NCBI RefSeq assembly: GCF_964195595.1
Contig: NC_134312.1
Span: 201,281,140-201,345,139 of the forward strand
DNA length: 64,000 nucleotides
From: Calonectris borealis
Taxonomy: Eukaryota
Direction of reading: 5' to 3'
Both the position numbers and the translations under genes were made by a program. The stretch's first letter is position 1. The number at the start of each line of letters is the position of its first letter. Below the pieces are notes generated by a model. The model was not told the origin of the DNA. It ran no database searches and saw nothing but the letters and a program-made list of their open reading frames with translations. Of the stretch, positions 34,527 through 47,767 are shown piece by piece.

Positions 34527-35684
34527 CTGTTACAGACAAGAAACACAATGAAACAGAATCCCCAACCCCCCCTCCCGCCTTAGTGTTATCTGTAACGAAT
34601 GATAATTCAAAGTATGCCTGAATAGGTAAACAAAATTCAAACAAACATTACCAGGATTCAACGAATGGCCTTTGCACTGAAGTACTCCATCACACAACAG
34701 AAATGACTACCACAGTGTACCAAGAGGACAAAACACACAAACGTGCTCAAAGGGGGTTAAACAACTTTACAGAGGCTGTTACTTGAACAAGAAAATTTCT
34801 TTTTCCCTGCTTCAGTTTGTTGGTACATTTAAATTTGTAAACCTAGAAACGCTGAAATACCTCCCCTCCACCCCTTGTGTTTTATTCTGACGTGGTTTAA
34901 TAGTTGTTTGAGGGCATTTAGCCTTAGAAAGCAGGTAAAGCAAACCAGAAGTATAAAAGTCCCACTTCTGCTTCCTACTAACAAGCCGCACGGGCATAAT
35001 CTGATGATGGTGGAGAGAACCAATGGTAATCCAATCCTGGATTATCTGTATGAATAAAAAGCCACCACTCTTGCTTTTTGAGCCACTCTTACTTTTGACC
35101 TTTTGAGGTCACGAAATGCCTCTTCTGATGCTCCTTACTCTTTTCAAATGAGTGCAACAAAATCCACATTTAAAGCAGCACTGTGTGAGAAGTCACTGTG
35201 GAAAATGTTACACCTACATGTCACAGTGCATCCCCATCAGTTTCGGGTTCAAGCAACAGCATGACTACATGTGTCCTGTGGTGCTGCACTCAATTCAACT
35301 GGCTCCATCTTTTAGCAAGGATTATTACGTTTGAATTAATGTGAGCCTCAGGTTCACACAGCTTCTGGAATCTAAGCTAAACTGTTAGGCTATGGCTTGG
35401 AATCTGTGCTATGTTGCCAAGTGTAGCATAAACATACACAAAGTCAACCTCATGAGCCTTCTGCAACTAGCAGGTTCCCTGCTAAAGGCATCTGAGCTTT
35501 GATGAGACAGTAATCTTATTTGCAGCAATGTACAACGTAACTTAAACTCTTGACAAAAGCAAAAGGCTGTATGAGAAAATATTAACACAGAAATAAGAAG
35601 CAAAGATTTGACATTATTTTAAACAATGAATGCTTACAAACTTTGAAAATAAAAGTATGAACCCTTTTATCATAACAGGTTTAC

Positions 35685-35835
35685 CTCTGCACTTGTTTCA
35701 GAGACAATCCTGTTTATTTGACCTCTTTGCCACTGTTTCAAATCATGTACGTAAACAGCACAGTGCATACTACTTTCCCACTTCACAGACTGTGGCTGGG
35801 ATTCTTTGTAGATGGTAGCCATCTTCTCCTGTAAA
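35685..35835 (-). CDS. RNF17: RNF17 coding exon (Tudor-3 core), phase 2 in, phase 0 out
   Basis: Minus acceptor ctgaatgttag| and donor gcagag|gtaaacc. Translates (S)LQEKMATIYKESQPQSVKWESSMHCAVYVHDLKQWQRGQINRIVSETSAE. Human: [51 protein letters not shown]. Confidence 0.85.
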
Positions 35836-36794
35836 CTAACATTCAGAAAAACACTTTTCTAGTGCTAAAATTTTATCCAGTGAATAAAGGGTTTATTTAG
35901 TCCATTACTGCTTAACAGTAGTTTTAGTAACTGTTTTACAAACACACAATATTGTAGTTTTTCTTCATGACATGTTAGAAATACATGAAATGGAGCTTCA
36001 AAACACATGCAATCTGATTAAAATTCTGTAAAACTATCACGTTTTCTTAAATAACGGAATTAATCTAAGCGATCCTGACCCTTCTGTATAGCACTATTTA
36101 AAAGATGCACTATTTTCTCTCAACAACTTGAGAGTGTGGTAGTCATTTAGTGTCACGACTAATTCAATGGGACTCTAGGTAGCTACATGCAAGAAGGTAA
36201 AAAGATGAAACAAGGGAGAAATAAGAGGCAAAAAATAAGCAACTTGCACTAAGCAATGATATTTCCATTTAATTGTCTTCAAACAGTACACACTATTACC
36301 TAAATGTTATCTAAGTATCTACCAAAGGAAGTTCGATATACTATGTCTAGAAATTGCCTTCAAACTTTCCTAACAGCATATTAGAATCATGTTGGAAGAA
36401 ATAACTTGATTGCAGTTCTATGACTTAGGATACCGCTATTATTTAACAAGATTTCTAAGAAGGAATGGGGAGGAGAAAAGAAAGAGCAGAAAGATTTGAT
36501 CTTTGTGGACAGTGTTGCATTTATCAGGCCCCAATACTTACTACATTAAAACTGATCTGAAACAGGAGTTAGATCATGTACTTAATTTAGAATCACAAAT
36601 ATTTAATAAAGCACAACATAGTGCCAATCTGTCTTCTGTTCCTATACCTTCCTCAGAAAAGCAAGATAAGCCAACAGCATTCAAGAGTACCCAGTGCCAA
36701 ATGCAACCCTAATCAGAGTTTGTTCTATAACTATACTTCACCAGTTTGTAATAAGAATGCCTTAACTCGAGAAAAGTTCTTTGAATTTTAGTAC

Positions 36795-37016
36795 CTTTTC
36801 AGTATACTTTCTGATGACAGCCACTGTATAAAGATTTTACTAGGAGACACAACATGACTAACTCTCACTTGTAGCTCTTTCTTAAACAGTGATTTGAAAT
36901 CTCCTTCATCAATGGATTCCATGTCGATAGGATTTAAAGTTTCTGAGGTTTCAGGAATTTCTTCTAGAGGAACATCCCATATTTCATTGGTCCATACAGC
37001 AATACTTTCAGTGTAC
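36795..37016 (-). CDS. RNF17: RNF17 coding exon (linker plus Tudor-3 start), 222 nt, phase 2 in, phase 2 out
   Basis: Minus acceptor ctctttacag| and donor ctgaaaag|gtacta. Translates (R)YTESIAVWTNEIWDVPLEEIPETSETLNPIDMESIDEGDFKSLFKKELQVRVSHVVSPSKIFIQWLSSESILK. Human: [66 protein letters not shown]. Confidence 0.85.
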
Positions 37017-37804
37017 CTGTAAAGAGTATAAAGTAATTAGAATGGAAGTTTAAACACATTTTAAACACATTTAAACAAAGTGAAAAAGAGCTCAATAATC
37101 ACAGTTCAACATGACAGGAATCATTCAACATGAAGAAGAGTGAAGAATAGTGAGTAACTTAGAAAAACAGAAAAAAAATCCCAACAAAAGACAAAAACAT
37201 TTCTAAATGCTACTTCTGAAATACTCATGATAGTAACTTATTTTTATTCTCCTTCAGAAGGTATCCTTGCACATTCTACTGACAGATGAAAGCACTACGC
37301 AATATAGGCTGCCAGCAGAAAAGCAAACCTGACACAAATGGGCTGCTGAACATTAATGTTTGTGTCTGGCTTAAAAGACATCAAATTATTAGTATCATGC
37401 TTCTGGGAATCAATGTTGCCTCTGAGTGAAAGCTGCAACATTCAACTTCTAAGATGTGTAAATATTCCTTTCAGAAGAACAGAATATTAACATTTGTGAA
37501 ACATTTACCTTTCTAGCATTCCCTGAGGATATAAATACAACACAACTAGTGCTAAGACTTTACTAAGTAGAGTACAGAATGAAGTACGGTCAGAATAATA
37601 CCTTGACGGAAACTTGTTTAAATTGTGTGAACTGGATAGAATAAAGCTCAACAGCAAGCAAGAGTTGGCTAGTATGTATCTTGAGTCACAGACCAGCTTA
37701 GTACAAGTCTGTGTGAATTGTGCCAACTAGAGATGTAAGAGATTGCAGCTTGAAAAAATACCCTGTTAATGCAAAAGAACTGGCTTCTTGTAAACACCAC
37801 TGAC

Positions 37805-37911
37805 TAAAGGAGACAGAAAACATGAGTTTAACTGCTGTCTGGGCCTCCAGGAAGACACTCTCTTTTTTCCAGAAACCTGTCTTTTCCTTCACGGGAAGGA
37901 GACAAACTGCT
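37805..37911 (-). CDS. RNF17: Probable RNF17 coding exon; 3' boundary and splice phase uncertain
   Basis: Minus acceptor ctctcttacag|. Translates (R)AVCLLPVKEKTGFWKKESVFLEAQTAVKLMFSVSF. Human: [39 protein letters not shown]. The proposed donor is ttta|gtcagt. Its incoming phase conflicts with exon 43612-43727 (see findings). Track ORF 37698-37892. Confidence 0.4.
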
Positions 37912-38559
37912 CTGTAAGAGAGAAAATTCCGTAAAGTATTGAATCATCTACTACATACTGCTACATAATTATTTATGCAAACCTTCCCGATGCAGGTATT
38001 TTGAAACTGCTGGATGAAACAGCTAACTTGTAGAACCAGGAAAGAAATGAACTCATAAAATGGCTCATAAATATCCTTACCTTGCGTACAACTAGGTTGA
38101 ACTATGAAATGGACAGAGGCAATCTGCCATGGAGAGTTCTCCACAGTGAAATACATGTTACATGTCTTACAACCCCCTCCCTAGTAACTCCAGTATAGCA
38201 TTATCATTGCAGATCCATCAGAAAAAACAATCAATTTGGAATGAACTTCAGACTCCAAGGTTTCTTCCTGGAATTCTGTATGGACTACCTCCTAACACAA
38301 TGCAAGAGTAAGGTTACTGATGTTTGCTTGTCAGCAAGTCAGCTTCAATCGAGCGCTGCGCTCTCCTGCTTATATAGTCTTATATTAGTTTAGAGCTGGC
38401 CTGGGTATCCCTCAACAGCATTAAACATATAATCATAACCCAAATGTGATTCTAAAGGACCTAAAATAGGTTTAAATTATTCACCAGTCTCTTGCCTTTT
38501 TGCAGACATCCATCTTCACAAATGGGAAATTCAGTGAGAAGAGTGTGACAAATGAGCTC

Positions 38560-39200
38560 TGGAAGGCTAGAGACCTATGCACACTGGAAAACAAAGCAAG
38601 CCCAAAAGCCCCAAGGCCCCCACAAAACAACCCCCTTGTCCCCATCCCCCCCCAATGGAAACATCATTCCAACTAAAAGACGTGGTGCACTGGGTGTAAA
38701 TACCAAGGTGGTAGCTGAGGAGAAGGGTTGCAGGGGTGACCTCTGAGAGAAGAGACCGGGTGCTGCCCCATGGCGGACACAGCTTGTTTCAGCCGTCTCT
38801 GCAACAGACCCTCCACAGGACACGGCTGAGCCCCTCAGTGAAGCTGGTGGCACCTCTAATTTAATGAAGGGCAGAAAACGCCAGGGAGAGAGAGGAGGGA
38901 ACAGAAGAGAAATAACACAGGGAACTGCAAGGTCAGAAGAGTATAAGGTATTTTGTAGGGGAAGAGGCACACTCCTGAAGGGACTGAGGCCCGTGCAGCG
39001 CCCACGCTGGAGCACAGGAAGAAAAGAGCAAGAAGGAGGAGCAGCAGGGAGAAATTGCTGCATCCTGACCACAACCCGCTGCACTGAAGGGACTGAGTGT
39101 AACTGGAGTGTAGAAGTGGGAGCAGAGGTGCTTGGAGTGAAGTTGAGCCCGAGGAAAGGGTAAGGTAGGTGCTATAAATGTTTGTCTTTGTCCCAATGCC
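38560..39200. other. GC-rich element of about 640 bp inside an AT-rich RNF17 intron; nature unknown (possibly a repeat or LTR-derived, or a CpG-rich regulatory patch)
   Basis: Sharp local rise in G+C with several CpGs (gacgtgg, ccgggtg, ggcggac, cccgtgcagcgcccacgctgg, cccgagg). Long stop-free stretches on both strands (track ORFs 38575-39084 minus, 169 aa; 38864-39163 plus, 99 aa), with proline/serine/leucine-rich low-complexity translations and no recognizable domain. Confidence 0.3.
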
Positions 39201-42200
39201 TGAATCAGTAATTAAATATTTATGCTAATTAGTAATTAATTTAGTTAAATTAAGTCTGTTTTGCCTGCAACAAGTACTTGGTAAGCGATTTCCCTGTCTT
39301 TATTTTAGTTTTCTTGCTCCTGTTTCTTCTGTTTTCTTCCCCAACGAAAGAATGGGGAGTGAGTGAGTGACCAAAAAATCCACATTAGTAAAGCGATTAG
39401 TGTTAAACAGCAACTTAAAGTAACATATTCACTTGTTTGCAGGCCACAAGCAGGCATCTAAATATACCTGCAACACAACAAAATACCCTACTGACAGTGA
39501 CAAAACAATTCAGCTGTTCAGGTTTAAATAAAACTGCTTAACTTAACAAAAATCTTATTAAAAATTGTGACTGGTACAAGAAAAGTGTTACTAGGGTTTA
39601 GTTATATTTCTGAGCTAAGAGATGAAAATCCACTTATTTGCTTCCTCCTGAAAAAAACAAATTCAGGAATACCCTTTTGGAATCAAAACTTTCTATTTAA
39701 CAACCTTTTTATTTTTATCACTATTCAAAAATCATTAACAAAAGAATAATTATTGATTCCATGACTACAGCCCATGGATTATCTTTTTCAAAAGCCAACA
39801 AATTAAATGCAGCAGTGTTATCTCCTTATCAGCCTCATCTCCCCCAGCAGGCTTCCCAACTCTTCTGTCTGTCACTGTCATAGCTGGTTATCGGAAGTAT
39901 TTGTTTTCTAATAACAGACCTTCCAAAGAGATGACTTACCTTAGGTGCAGGTTAAACACACAAAAGTGATATTTCTTTTCTTACTACAAGGAAATGGGAA
40001 CCTTAATGATAACCAGTTTGGGAAGATTTGGCACTTAAGCACATTACAAGTATGATGCAAACATTTCACCTCCAACTTTTGAATCAGTTTCAATTAATTA
40101 TGTTAGTCAAGATTTAGTTTGAGAATTCAACTATGCCAAACTACAGAGTTACACTTTGTAACTTATGTCAGTTGATGAATGTGATTTGTAATGAATTTAT
40201 CACAAATGTGGTAAATTCCAGCCACTGGAGGTGACATACTAAAGCAAGTGATTTTGTTACACAAATGCAGTATTTGTAAATACTTTAAGTTACGCACAGT
40301 GTATTTACCCAGGTATGTAGGATGCTAGGTCTTCTTTAACTAGCTGGCAGTTAATACTAAAGCTTCTTCCATGAACAGCAGAGGAGTCAAAGAGTTCAAT
40401 AGATAAGATGTTATTATCTAAGATTTCTGTCAATAAATAATATAAACATAATCAGTGCCAATCAATGACAGTATAAAGACTATTTATGGTTTTGGAGACA
40501 GGGCAAATGGTGCTAGGAGACAGAATTTTGTAAAATTACATTTGATTTATAAAATAATTGATCCTGAACATCAACAATATGTAGAGGCTTAGCTTTGCAC
40601 ATATCTATAAAATTAACTTAAAATACACCAACAATTACAAACTATTTTTATACAAAGAAACCAACTGCTACATGTAATTTCATTTATTAGATAGGTTCCA
40701 AACCACCATTCCACAGGTGTTGAAAAATAGCTAGCTGCATATTAACAATAAATGGTATTGAAAAAAATTCCTACTAAGGCATATATGTGTTATCTGAAAT
40801 TCTTTTTTTTTTTGTGATGTTTTAGAGCAGCAGCAATCACACTCCCAGCTACCAATAAAGTCAGGAAGAGTCAAGGATAGCTAGTACTTTTGGAAAACAG
40901 CCCATCTTAATAAACCAGGATATTTATATCACGTAATGCTGGTGTGGTTCATAAAAGACATAAACAGAGCTTTTGTCAGAAGTTATATCTGTTATGTCTC
41001 CTCCAATTAGTTCATGTTTAGATACTCTCACTCCAGGCTACCTGTCGCAAGTATGAACATAAGTATTTCAAATAAATACTATTTAAAATATGAAAGTGCA
41101 TGTTTCTACATTTGAATTAGTTTAATAATATTTAAATATAAATTAATACACTCTTGATAGCTTACCAACAACTGAACACAGCATAAATTTATCTTCAGTC
41201 ATTTCTTCAAATCTTTTCTTGGCTTCTCTGTTCCACTCATTTGCCCCTTTATAAGGCTCAATGCAAGCCAGTCTGCATCTGATTGCCTAAAGAATAACTC
41301 AAATTATATATCTACCATCACATACCAAGACTGTCTCATTACAGCCAAATCACAGCCCTCATGCAGGAGACAAGACAGCATGACCTTGGCTTCTGGTTCC
41401 ACATTACCATTATCTGATTTGATTTAAGATGATCCCCCCTCCCCGCCAGCAGCTAAGCATAAACCTCAAATTCAGATACATTCTTGCTGAAATAGAAAGA
41501 GTTTTCTTCTCCTCGCCTCCCTTTATGGTTAGGCATAGAATTGGCTGCAGAGATCAGGAAAGATTACTGCAAAGGGGTGATAAAGAAAGCCTTCATCCTG
41601 TTTTGCTTATCATGATGTAATAACCCAGACTCAAAGCATCTAAGACTAACATGGCGTCATTGTAGAAGTCTGAAGGACTAAACACGGAGACACCAGAGTA
41701 CCTACCATCAGAAAATTCCTGCCAGATTTTTGAAAGGTATTAATTAGGAGACATAAAAAAAGAGACACACAGGAAATCAGATGAGATTAAGTACTTCGAT
41801 TAAAAGAATTTTTGTTTAGCATCTTTACTGCAAACTTTGGTGGCTACACTATGGCTCAATGTTAAATTAACTGTGAATATTATTGTTTCCTCCTTCTTGT
41901 TTATTGCACCAAAAGAAAGAAGAGTAACACAGGTGGTGGAAAAGAGAGAGAAAGTAAATAAAAACAATAGAAATAAGAATGTTCTGTGCAGATATTCTTA
42001 GGATACAGGCAGTCAGGAATACGAAAATAAGACTGACTGACAGGTCAAATAACCATTAGAAGAAAGGGCTGTGGATGACAAAACCAACACTACATTAAGC
42101 ACTGCTCATTCCAGTCCAAGACTTCTGCACCACTCCAGTCCATTAAAATGCCTGCAAACTGTATTAACGGGCTGAAAAAAGTCTGACTTCTCTTGTAACA

Positions 42201-43611
42201 GCCTAATTAAAATCTCTTAACCAACTTACATTTGAGGCAATACGTGATCATGTGGGAAGATTTACCAATGCTTACATGCAACAGGATAGACCTGCACAAG
42301 CAACCTCACCTGTGATACTCTTACCTTCTGAATGCTTGATTTTGCAATCTTGTGTTCATTCATGTTTCAAAGAATTTTAAATCCTTAATTTTTTTTTTTT
42401 AATAGAAAAGATTTGAAACCATAGCAACACTTAAGCACAAGCCTGCTGATCTTTCTATTACTTGCATTAAAATTAATAGCAACAGGAAGTAATCTCTTAC
42501 ACAAACTTCAAGTGTAAATACCTTGCCAGAGTGTTTCACCATAACCTATATATGGTATACAATGCTGAAATTTGAGAATAACTGATGGGTTCAAGTTTTG
42601 TTAGACCATTATATCCACAATTCTTCAGCCCCTTCTCTTTTATCTTCGAAGTGAGGAGGCCTAGTAGTATGTGCTCAAGAGCTGACAAATTCTCAAGGAT
42701 TTTTCTGAGGATTTATATGTGGTCAATAACAAGCAATCAACTGGAACAATGGGATAACACACATCAAAAATCCCAACACCCTCATTCTTTAGCTGTTCTG
42801 ATCTGAAGCATTAAGACACTGCAACTGCAAGAACATTTTGCCATTTTCAGAATGTTTCCTCTCCCTTGCTGGCAAAAAAGGCTCAATTATTTTGGCTGAA
42901 ACTTTGCCCAGAAACATCTGTTCAAAATATAAACAATTAAATTCTATTTTCAGTAAAAGATGGCTGGTCAACCTTAGTTACAACAATCACTACTTCTGGT
43001 GCCTACAACTGGCTCAAAAACCCCTATCAACATACGAAGTTTTAAAGTTCAGCATAATTATGATTGGCAACCAGAACTATTGAATAAACAGCTGAAGAAA
43101 AAGAATTATTTACTACTTATGTGCCTTTTTTATTTGACAGAAATACTTTGCCATTTTCTTTCCCACTCAGTTCTTCTCCTTGTCAGAAGGAGGAAACTCC
43201 TACAATACCTAAAGTTAGGAAAATACCAAACTTTAAATGCCAAAACCATAAAAATATAATTTTTAAAAAAGCCCATTGTTAGATCATTATTTGAAAATGA
43301 AGGAATGTAAAAATTAACTCGGCTTATTATGGAGTAAAAGAAGGTATTTGAATTAAACACACACACACAATGTATATAAACCTCCTCACTGCAAGGTAAG
43401 TTTTCATTTAAAACTGAATGATACAAAAAAAATAAAGAGTTTTCAATGTGCACCCAAAACATATTACGTAAGTCATGTCATAAACCCATGTGAAAACGAA
43501 CTTGCTTAACATTTTATTTACTTCAGAATGTTAACAATGCTCTCTTTCCCCTTCCATCCATTGAGATTCTGTTAATTTTGAGTGTTTAAATCCAGGCAAG
43601 CACTAATTTAC

Positions 43612-43727
43612 CTTTTCTGGAAGGCTCAGAAACTCCTTTTTCACTCTGCGTATGTCTTTAAGAGTTAAGTTAGCAATGTTGCCAAAGTCAACATATTTTA
43701 CCATAACTTCTTGACGACTTGGCAGCC
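43612..43727 (-). CDS. RNF17: RNF17 coding exon (C-terminal part of Tudor-2), phase 1 in, phase 0 out
   Basis: Minus acceptor ccttgaag| and donor gaaaag|gtaaatta. Translates (G)[38 protein letters not shown]. Human: [39 protein letters not shown]. Confidence 0.85.
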
Positions 43728-44181
43728 CTTCAAGGAAAAGCAACCCAAGTTATTAAAACAAAAAATGAGTATCTGATACAGGTTAAAGCACCAGAATTCG
43801 GTGCTTTATAGTTCAAAAACTAAATTCTTGAAGAACCAGCTCTTTTGGATTCCTGAAATAACAGAGTTAGCATTTTGGTCGTTTTGAAACATTATTTAAA
43901 ATAATTATAGAATAGAATTTCAATAATATATAGAAAATCAAGTATACCGCTTCTCTCTATTTAAAAAAAAAAAGATGTATAAAACTAACTCCACTAATCG
44001 CAAAAGAATGTAACATGTACTAGTGCTACTGACGTTATGAACCTACCTGTTAGTATAAGAATGCCTAGTAAAAATAATGCCATTTCTTTTTTGTTACTAT
44101 TCATATCCAGTATGTGACTCCAATCTAGTACGACGTCTGATTTTGCAACCTAGCATTAGAGTGAAAGAATCAATACTTCAC

Positions 44182-44335
44182 CTATAATCTGTGCTCTGTA
44201 CCAATTCCCATCTTTCTGTTTTGCAATACAGGCTTGGCCTTCAACTGGGCAGACAATTTCCAAGTTTTTCCCATACTCATGTTTATACACCTCCTGAATT
44301 TTCTTTGGAAGAGCTAAAGAATCCAGGCTATCTCT
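44182..44335 (-). CDS. RNF17: RNF17 coding exon (Tudor-2 core), phase 0 in, phase 1 out
   Basis: Minus acceptor ttcttattttag| and donor attatag|gtgaagt. Translates RDSLDSLALPKKIQEVYKHEYGKNLEIVCPVEGQACIAKQKDGNWYRAQII. Human: ...[41 protein letters not shown]. Confidence 0.88.
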
Positions 44336-44775
44336 CTAAAATAAGAAAAACAAAACAGACATACAGACCAGATGGTCTCATTTTTTTTTTTTAAATGGCA
44401 TTTTTGCTCTTTTAAGGGCCATTTTTCTAGTAGTGTACTTCCTAGTCTTCCCCCCATAATAAACGGTGGCTATGAATACGTAAAGTGAATTAAAGGGCCT
44501 AACAATTGTTGAATATTGTCCAATCACCACTCTATACAGTAAACCACTACATACCCACATAGGAATTAACCATGTAACAAAACTGACAAAAAAATGTTAA
44601 CTTTTTGGAATTCTAAGAATTCCTGGAATTAATCTAGGATTAATCTAGGAATCCTACAACTGGTAACAAGTGACAGAAGTTAATGGAAATTGTAGCTTAT
44701 TTAATGTGGAAAGTAGCTTAACATTAAAATGTTTGTTCGGCATTTTATTTAAAAAGACCTTATTTCAAAACTTAC

Positions 44776-44914
44776 CAACTGGAGATAGAAATCACTTGGA
44801 CTATTAATGTGGCAAACTACAACAGAGACTTCTTCTCTTTCTTGTGGAATCTTAGGTGGACTATACTGCAAGATGGTATTATTTTCTAACTGACTGGGAA
44901 GCTGTGATCTAAAC
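44776..44914 (-). CDS. RNF17: RNF17 coding exon (start of Tudor-2), phase 2 in, phase 0 out
   Basis: Minus acceptor cattttgtttaccttag| and donor cagttg|gtaagtttt. Translates (R)[46 protein letters not shown]. Human: [48 protein letters not shown]. Confidence 0.88.
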
Positions 44915-46000
44915 CTAAGGTAAACAAAATGAAATTCTGAATAAATTCTGTCAAAATTAACTGAGAAGGAACCCTTTTATATTAAAATGTCAAGTTTCCC
45001 ATAAAAAACACAAAATGGTCTTATAAAAATAACTTGATTCATGTTTTTATGAATAGCTTGAACTTTCCTTCTTGCAGTTGGTGTAGCCAATTCTTTCTAA
45101 TGCTTCTCCCATCACAAATATAACGTACGAAGAATGATATATGGCAGCTGGCTCCTAATAAGATTTTGTTATTTGGGATGCAGTAGTGTACATTTAAATT
45201 GTGGGGAAAAAAAAAAAGTAATAGGCTAGAATCCACTACATTGACAAAACCAGTTTTTTTTAGATTTCCGTTTCCACACTTATGAGAAAAAAGCAATTGC
45301 CTGAGGAACACAGATGCAGTAAAACATTACCTCCCACTGTTCTCACCATAACTAGTTATGCTCAAATATAAACAAAGACCTTTCTCTATGTGCAGCAAAA
45401 TGAACCATAATTTCCTACAGATTTGCATGCCATACATCAAAACGCTCATGTTGTTCTCTATCTCCTGCCTCTTCCACTGGTCCCTCCAAAGCAGCTCTCC
45501 TCTGTCCTAATGCCAACACCAAGCTCCCCGTTATGCCCCACTGTTGTTTCTCCTATTCGTTGTGCTACATGCATCACGTCACGTGGCTGGTTCAGATGTG
45601 CTGACTAGCCTGCCACTGCCTACCAGCCAAATCAAACAGATACAAAGTTGATTTCTGTACGTTTTTCTGTCCGTGGTAGACACTAAGAGCTTCTCCTTTC
45701 ACCCCCTTGTTGTTCAAACTTGTACAGAAATTTAACTTTTGTCATTTTCTAAAATAAAGTTCATTATCCAAATAAAGCGCTAACTAGTGCAAATGAGTAT
45801 GCCACAGTGCTTATTAGTGAAGGTGAAAAAAGGCAATCAACAGATTTCCTAAACAGATTTGCTGAAGATTAATACACCACACATTAATATACCAAACACT
45901 GCAAAAACAACTTGCTTGGTTGCTTGGTAAACTTCACTTTATAAGTATTATGCCGTTATCATTTATGGCATAGGAGCATAAACTAAAGGAAAACACATAC

Positions 46001-46191
46001 CTTGCCAAGTCTAAAAAAACTAATGCATCCTTGAGAGACACTGGCATGTTATTGCTTATTTTATTAAATGGAGGTTTTTTCAAATCCACAATGAGAACAC
46101 CATCCTCTTCTCTAAATATGGTCATTAAAACAACTTTATTATTTACCATTCCTAAAAATTTCATCTTTGCTTCCTCCCTCCAACCTTCACT
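46001..46191 (-). CDS. RNF17: RNF17 coding exon, phase 0 in, phase 2 out
   Basis: Minus acceptor cttcctaacacag| and donor ttggcaag|gtatgtg. Translates [63 protein letters not shown]. Human: [63 protein letters not shown]. Track ORF 45934-46338. Confidence 0.9.
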
Positions 46192-47574
46192 CTGTGTTAG
46201 GAAGAAACAAAAAGTTACTGAAGACATCAGAGCATGTAAAAACAAAAAATACAAACAGTAATTAAAAATAAAATAAAATAAAATAGAAGCAAGGAAGGGA
46301 GCACAGATGCATCTGAACAGATGAAATACTGAACACACTATTACACTGTCTAGTCCATAGCCAGGACAGCACTAAACAGTATTCTTCTATGATGGATTTT
46401 TAAGTGGTTTTAACTGTATAAAACTGAATCAGATCAAAGGGCTGCAGTTTCCACCACACTTCTTTTAAAGATTCAAGATTTCATCCCCCCTAATTGTTCT
46501 GATAGATAAACTATAATTGTTATATGCTGTTTCATCTCATGAATTACATTTCTGCTCTCCCAATTTGTTTGAAAGTTTATTCTAATCTTTTTGTGTCTTT
46601 ATGCAAATGTACAACAGAGTTTGGTCAAATTACACATTCCGCCTCTCCACAACATCCTTCTTGACATTTTATCTACCTTGAAAAAGCCTGTCTGAATTTA
46701 TTTCTCTTGGATCAAGTTAATCCATTTCTCATTTGATACTGCAAATCTATGCTTTTTAGGTGTGAAAAAAATGAACGCACATACAAGGAAGGCATTTTAC
46801 CCATTTTAAATCTGTGAAAATTGTTCCAGACCTTTCCTATTTAAAGCTATTTCAGACAACATCAGTCTAGTAAAAAAAAATCAAAACAAACCAGCAGTTA
46901 TACTGTCAGAAATGCACAGCTGCATTGGACATAGTTCATTCCCATGTGAATGTGGCAAAAATAAAGCAAGCCTAATAAATAAGTGAATATTGAAGAAAAT
47001 AATGGTGCAATATATGTCCTTTTTCTAAGGGAATAAAGGCTGACAGTACTTTATTTGTTGTTATACTGAAAGAGAACAAGCAACACTTTTCAATATGTGG
47101 CAAAAAAATTTAAGTAACAAAGGACAATCCCCGAAAAGATTCTCTTAAGAATTCTGAAGACATTTCTTCTCTGTTTGGATGATTTTTGAAAGTTACTACT
47201 TGCATAAAGTTATCAGACAGACATGAAATAAGAAAATCAGCTCTGTAATTTGTTTTTAAGTTTGACAAAAGAACATGTCTAGAGTAAGAGTAGTGAGATT
47301 TAAGCCTGAAATATGTATTTGTAAACCCAGAGGCTGTTTAAGACAGGCTGCTATAAGCTCTTTTCCTTTCCAGTGAAAGCAATGCAACCTATCTTTTTAC
47401 AAGAGATGATTTAACTTTTTTTTTTAAAAATAAAATATACCCTATACTCCCCTCAAGTTTCCTTCTGTTTATACTGGAATAAGATCATTTTTAAGTTATG
47501 TATTTAAGTTTTTCAATATAAATCTTAGGAAGAAAAAAAAATCTCCTGAAATAGTACAAACAGCTTTTACTTAC

Positions 47575-47767
47575 TGCATTTTTGGGAACAACATCCTTCA
47601 GCGAACACCGTACTGCTAAAGGAGGAACAGCTGCAAGTTCTGCCTCAATATGCTGATCAGGCTTCCTTACAAACAAACAAATGTCATCTGTTTCAATAGT
47701 TTGCAGAGTAGCAGGTTCAGGCCTTTCAGCAGGAGCATATCTATTGTCAATGGGAATAAAAGCAGTA
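47575..47767 (-). CDS. RNF17: RNF17 coding exon, phase 2 in, phase 0 out
   Basis: Minus acceptor aacctag| and donor aatgca|gtaagtaaaag. Translates (G)TAFIPIDNRYAPAERPEPATLQTIETDDICLFVRKPDQHIEAELAAVPPLAVRCSLKDVVPKNA. Human: [57 protein letters not shown]. Track ORF 47491-47676. Confidence 0.82.

Noticed and set aside
36080-36170. Minus-strand peptide SPIELVVTLNDYHTLKLLRENSASFK as a Tudor-3 start exon
   Set aside because: It ends in an in-frame stop with no GT donor. The genuine Tudor-3 start (VRVSHVVSPSKIFIQWL) is already encoded by exon 36795-37016, which splices in phase to 35685-35835. The match was chance similarity.
38575-39163. 169-aa (minus) and 99-aa (plus) ORFs in the GC-rich intronic element as genes
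   Set aside because: Translations are proline/serine/glycine/arginine-rich low-complexity sequences with no domain signature. They overlap antisense to each other, have no Kozak or splice context, and are typical GC-rich read-through. They are kept only as an unexplained GC-rich element.
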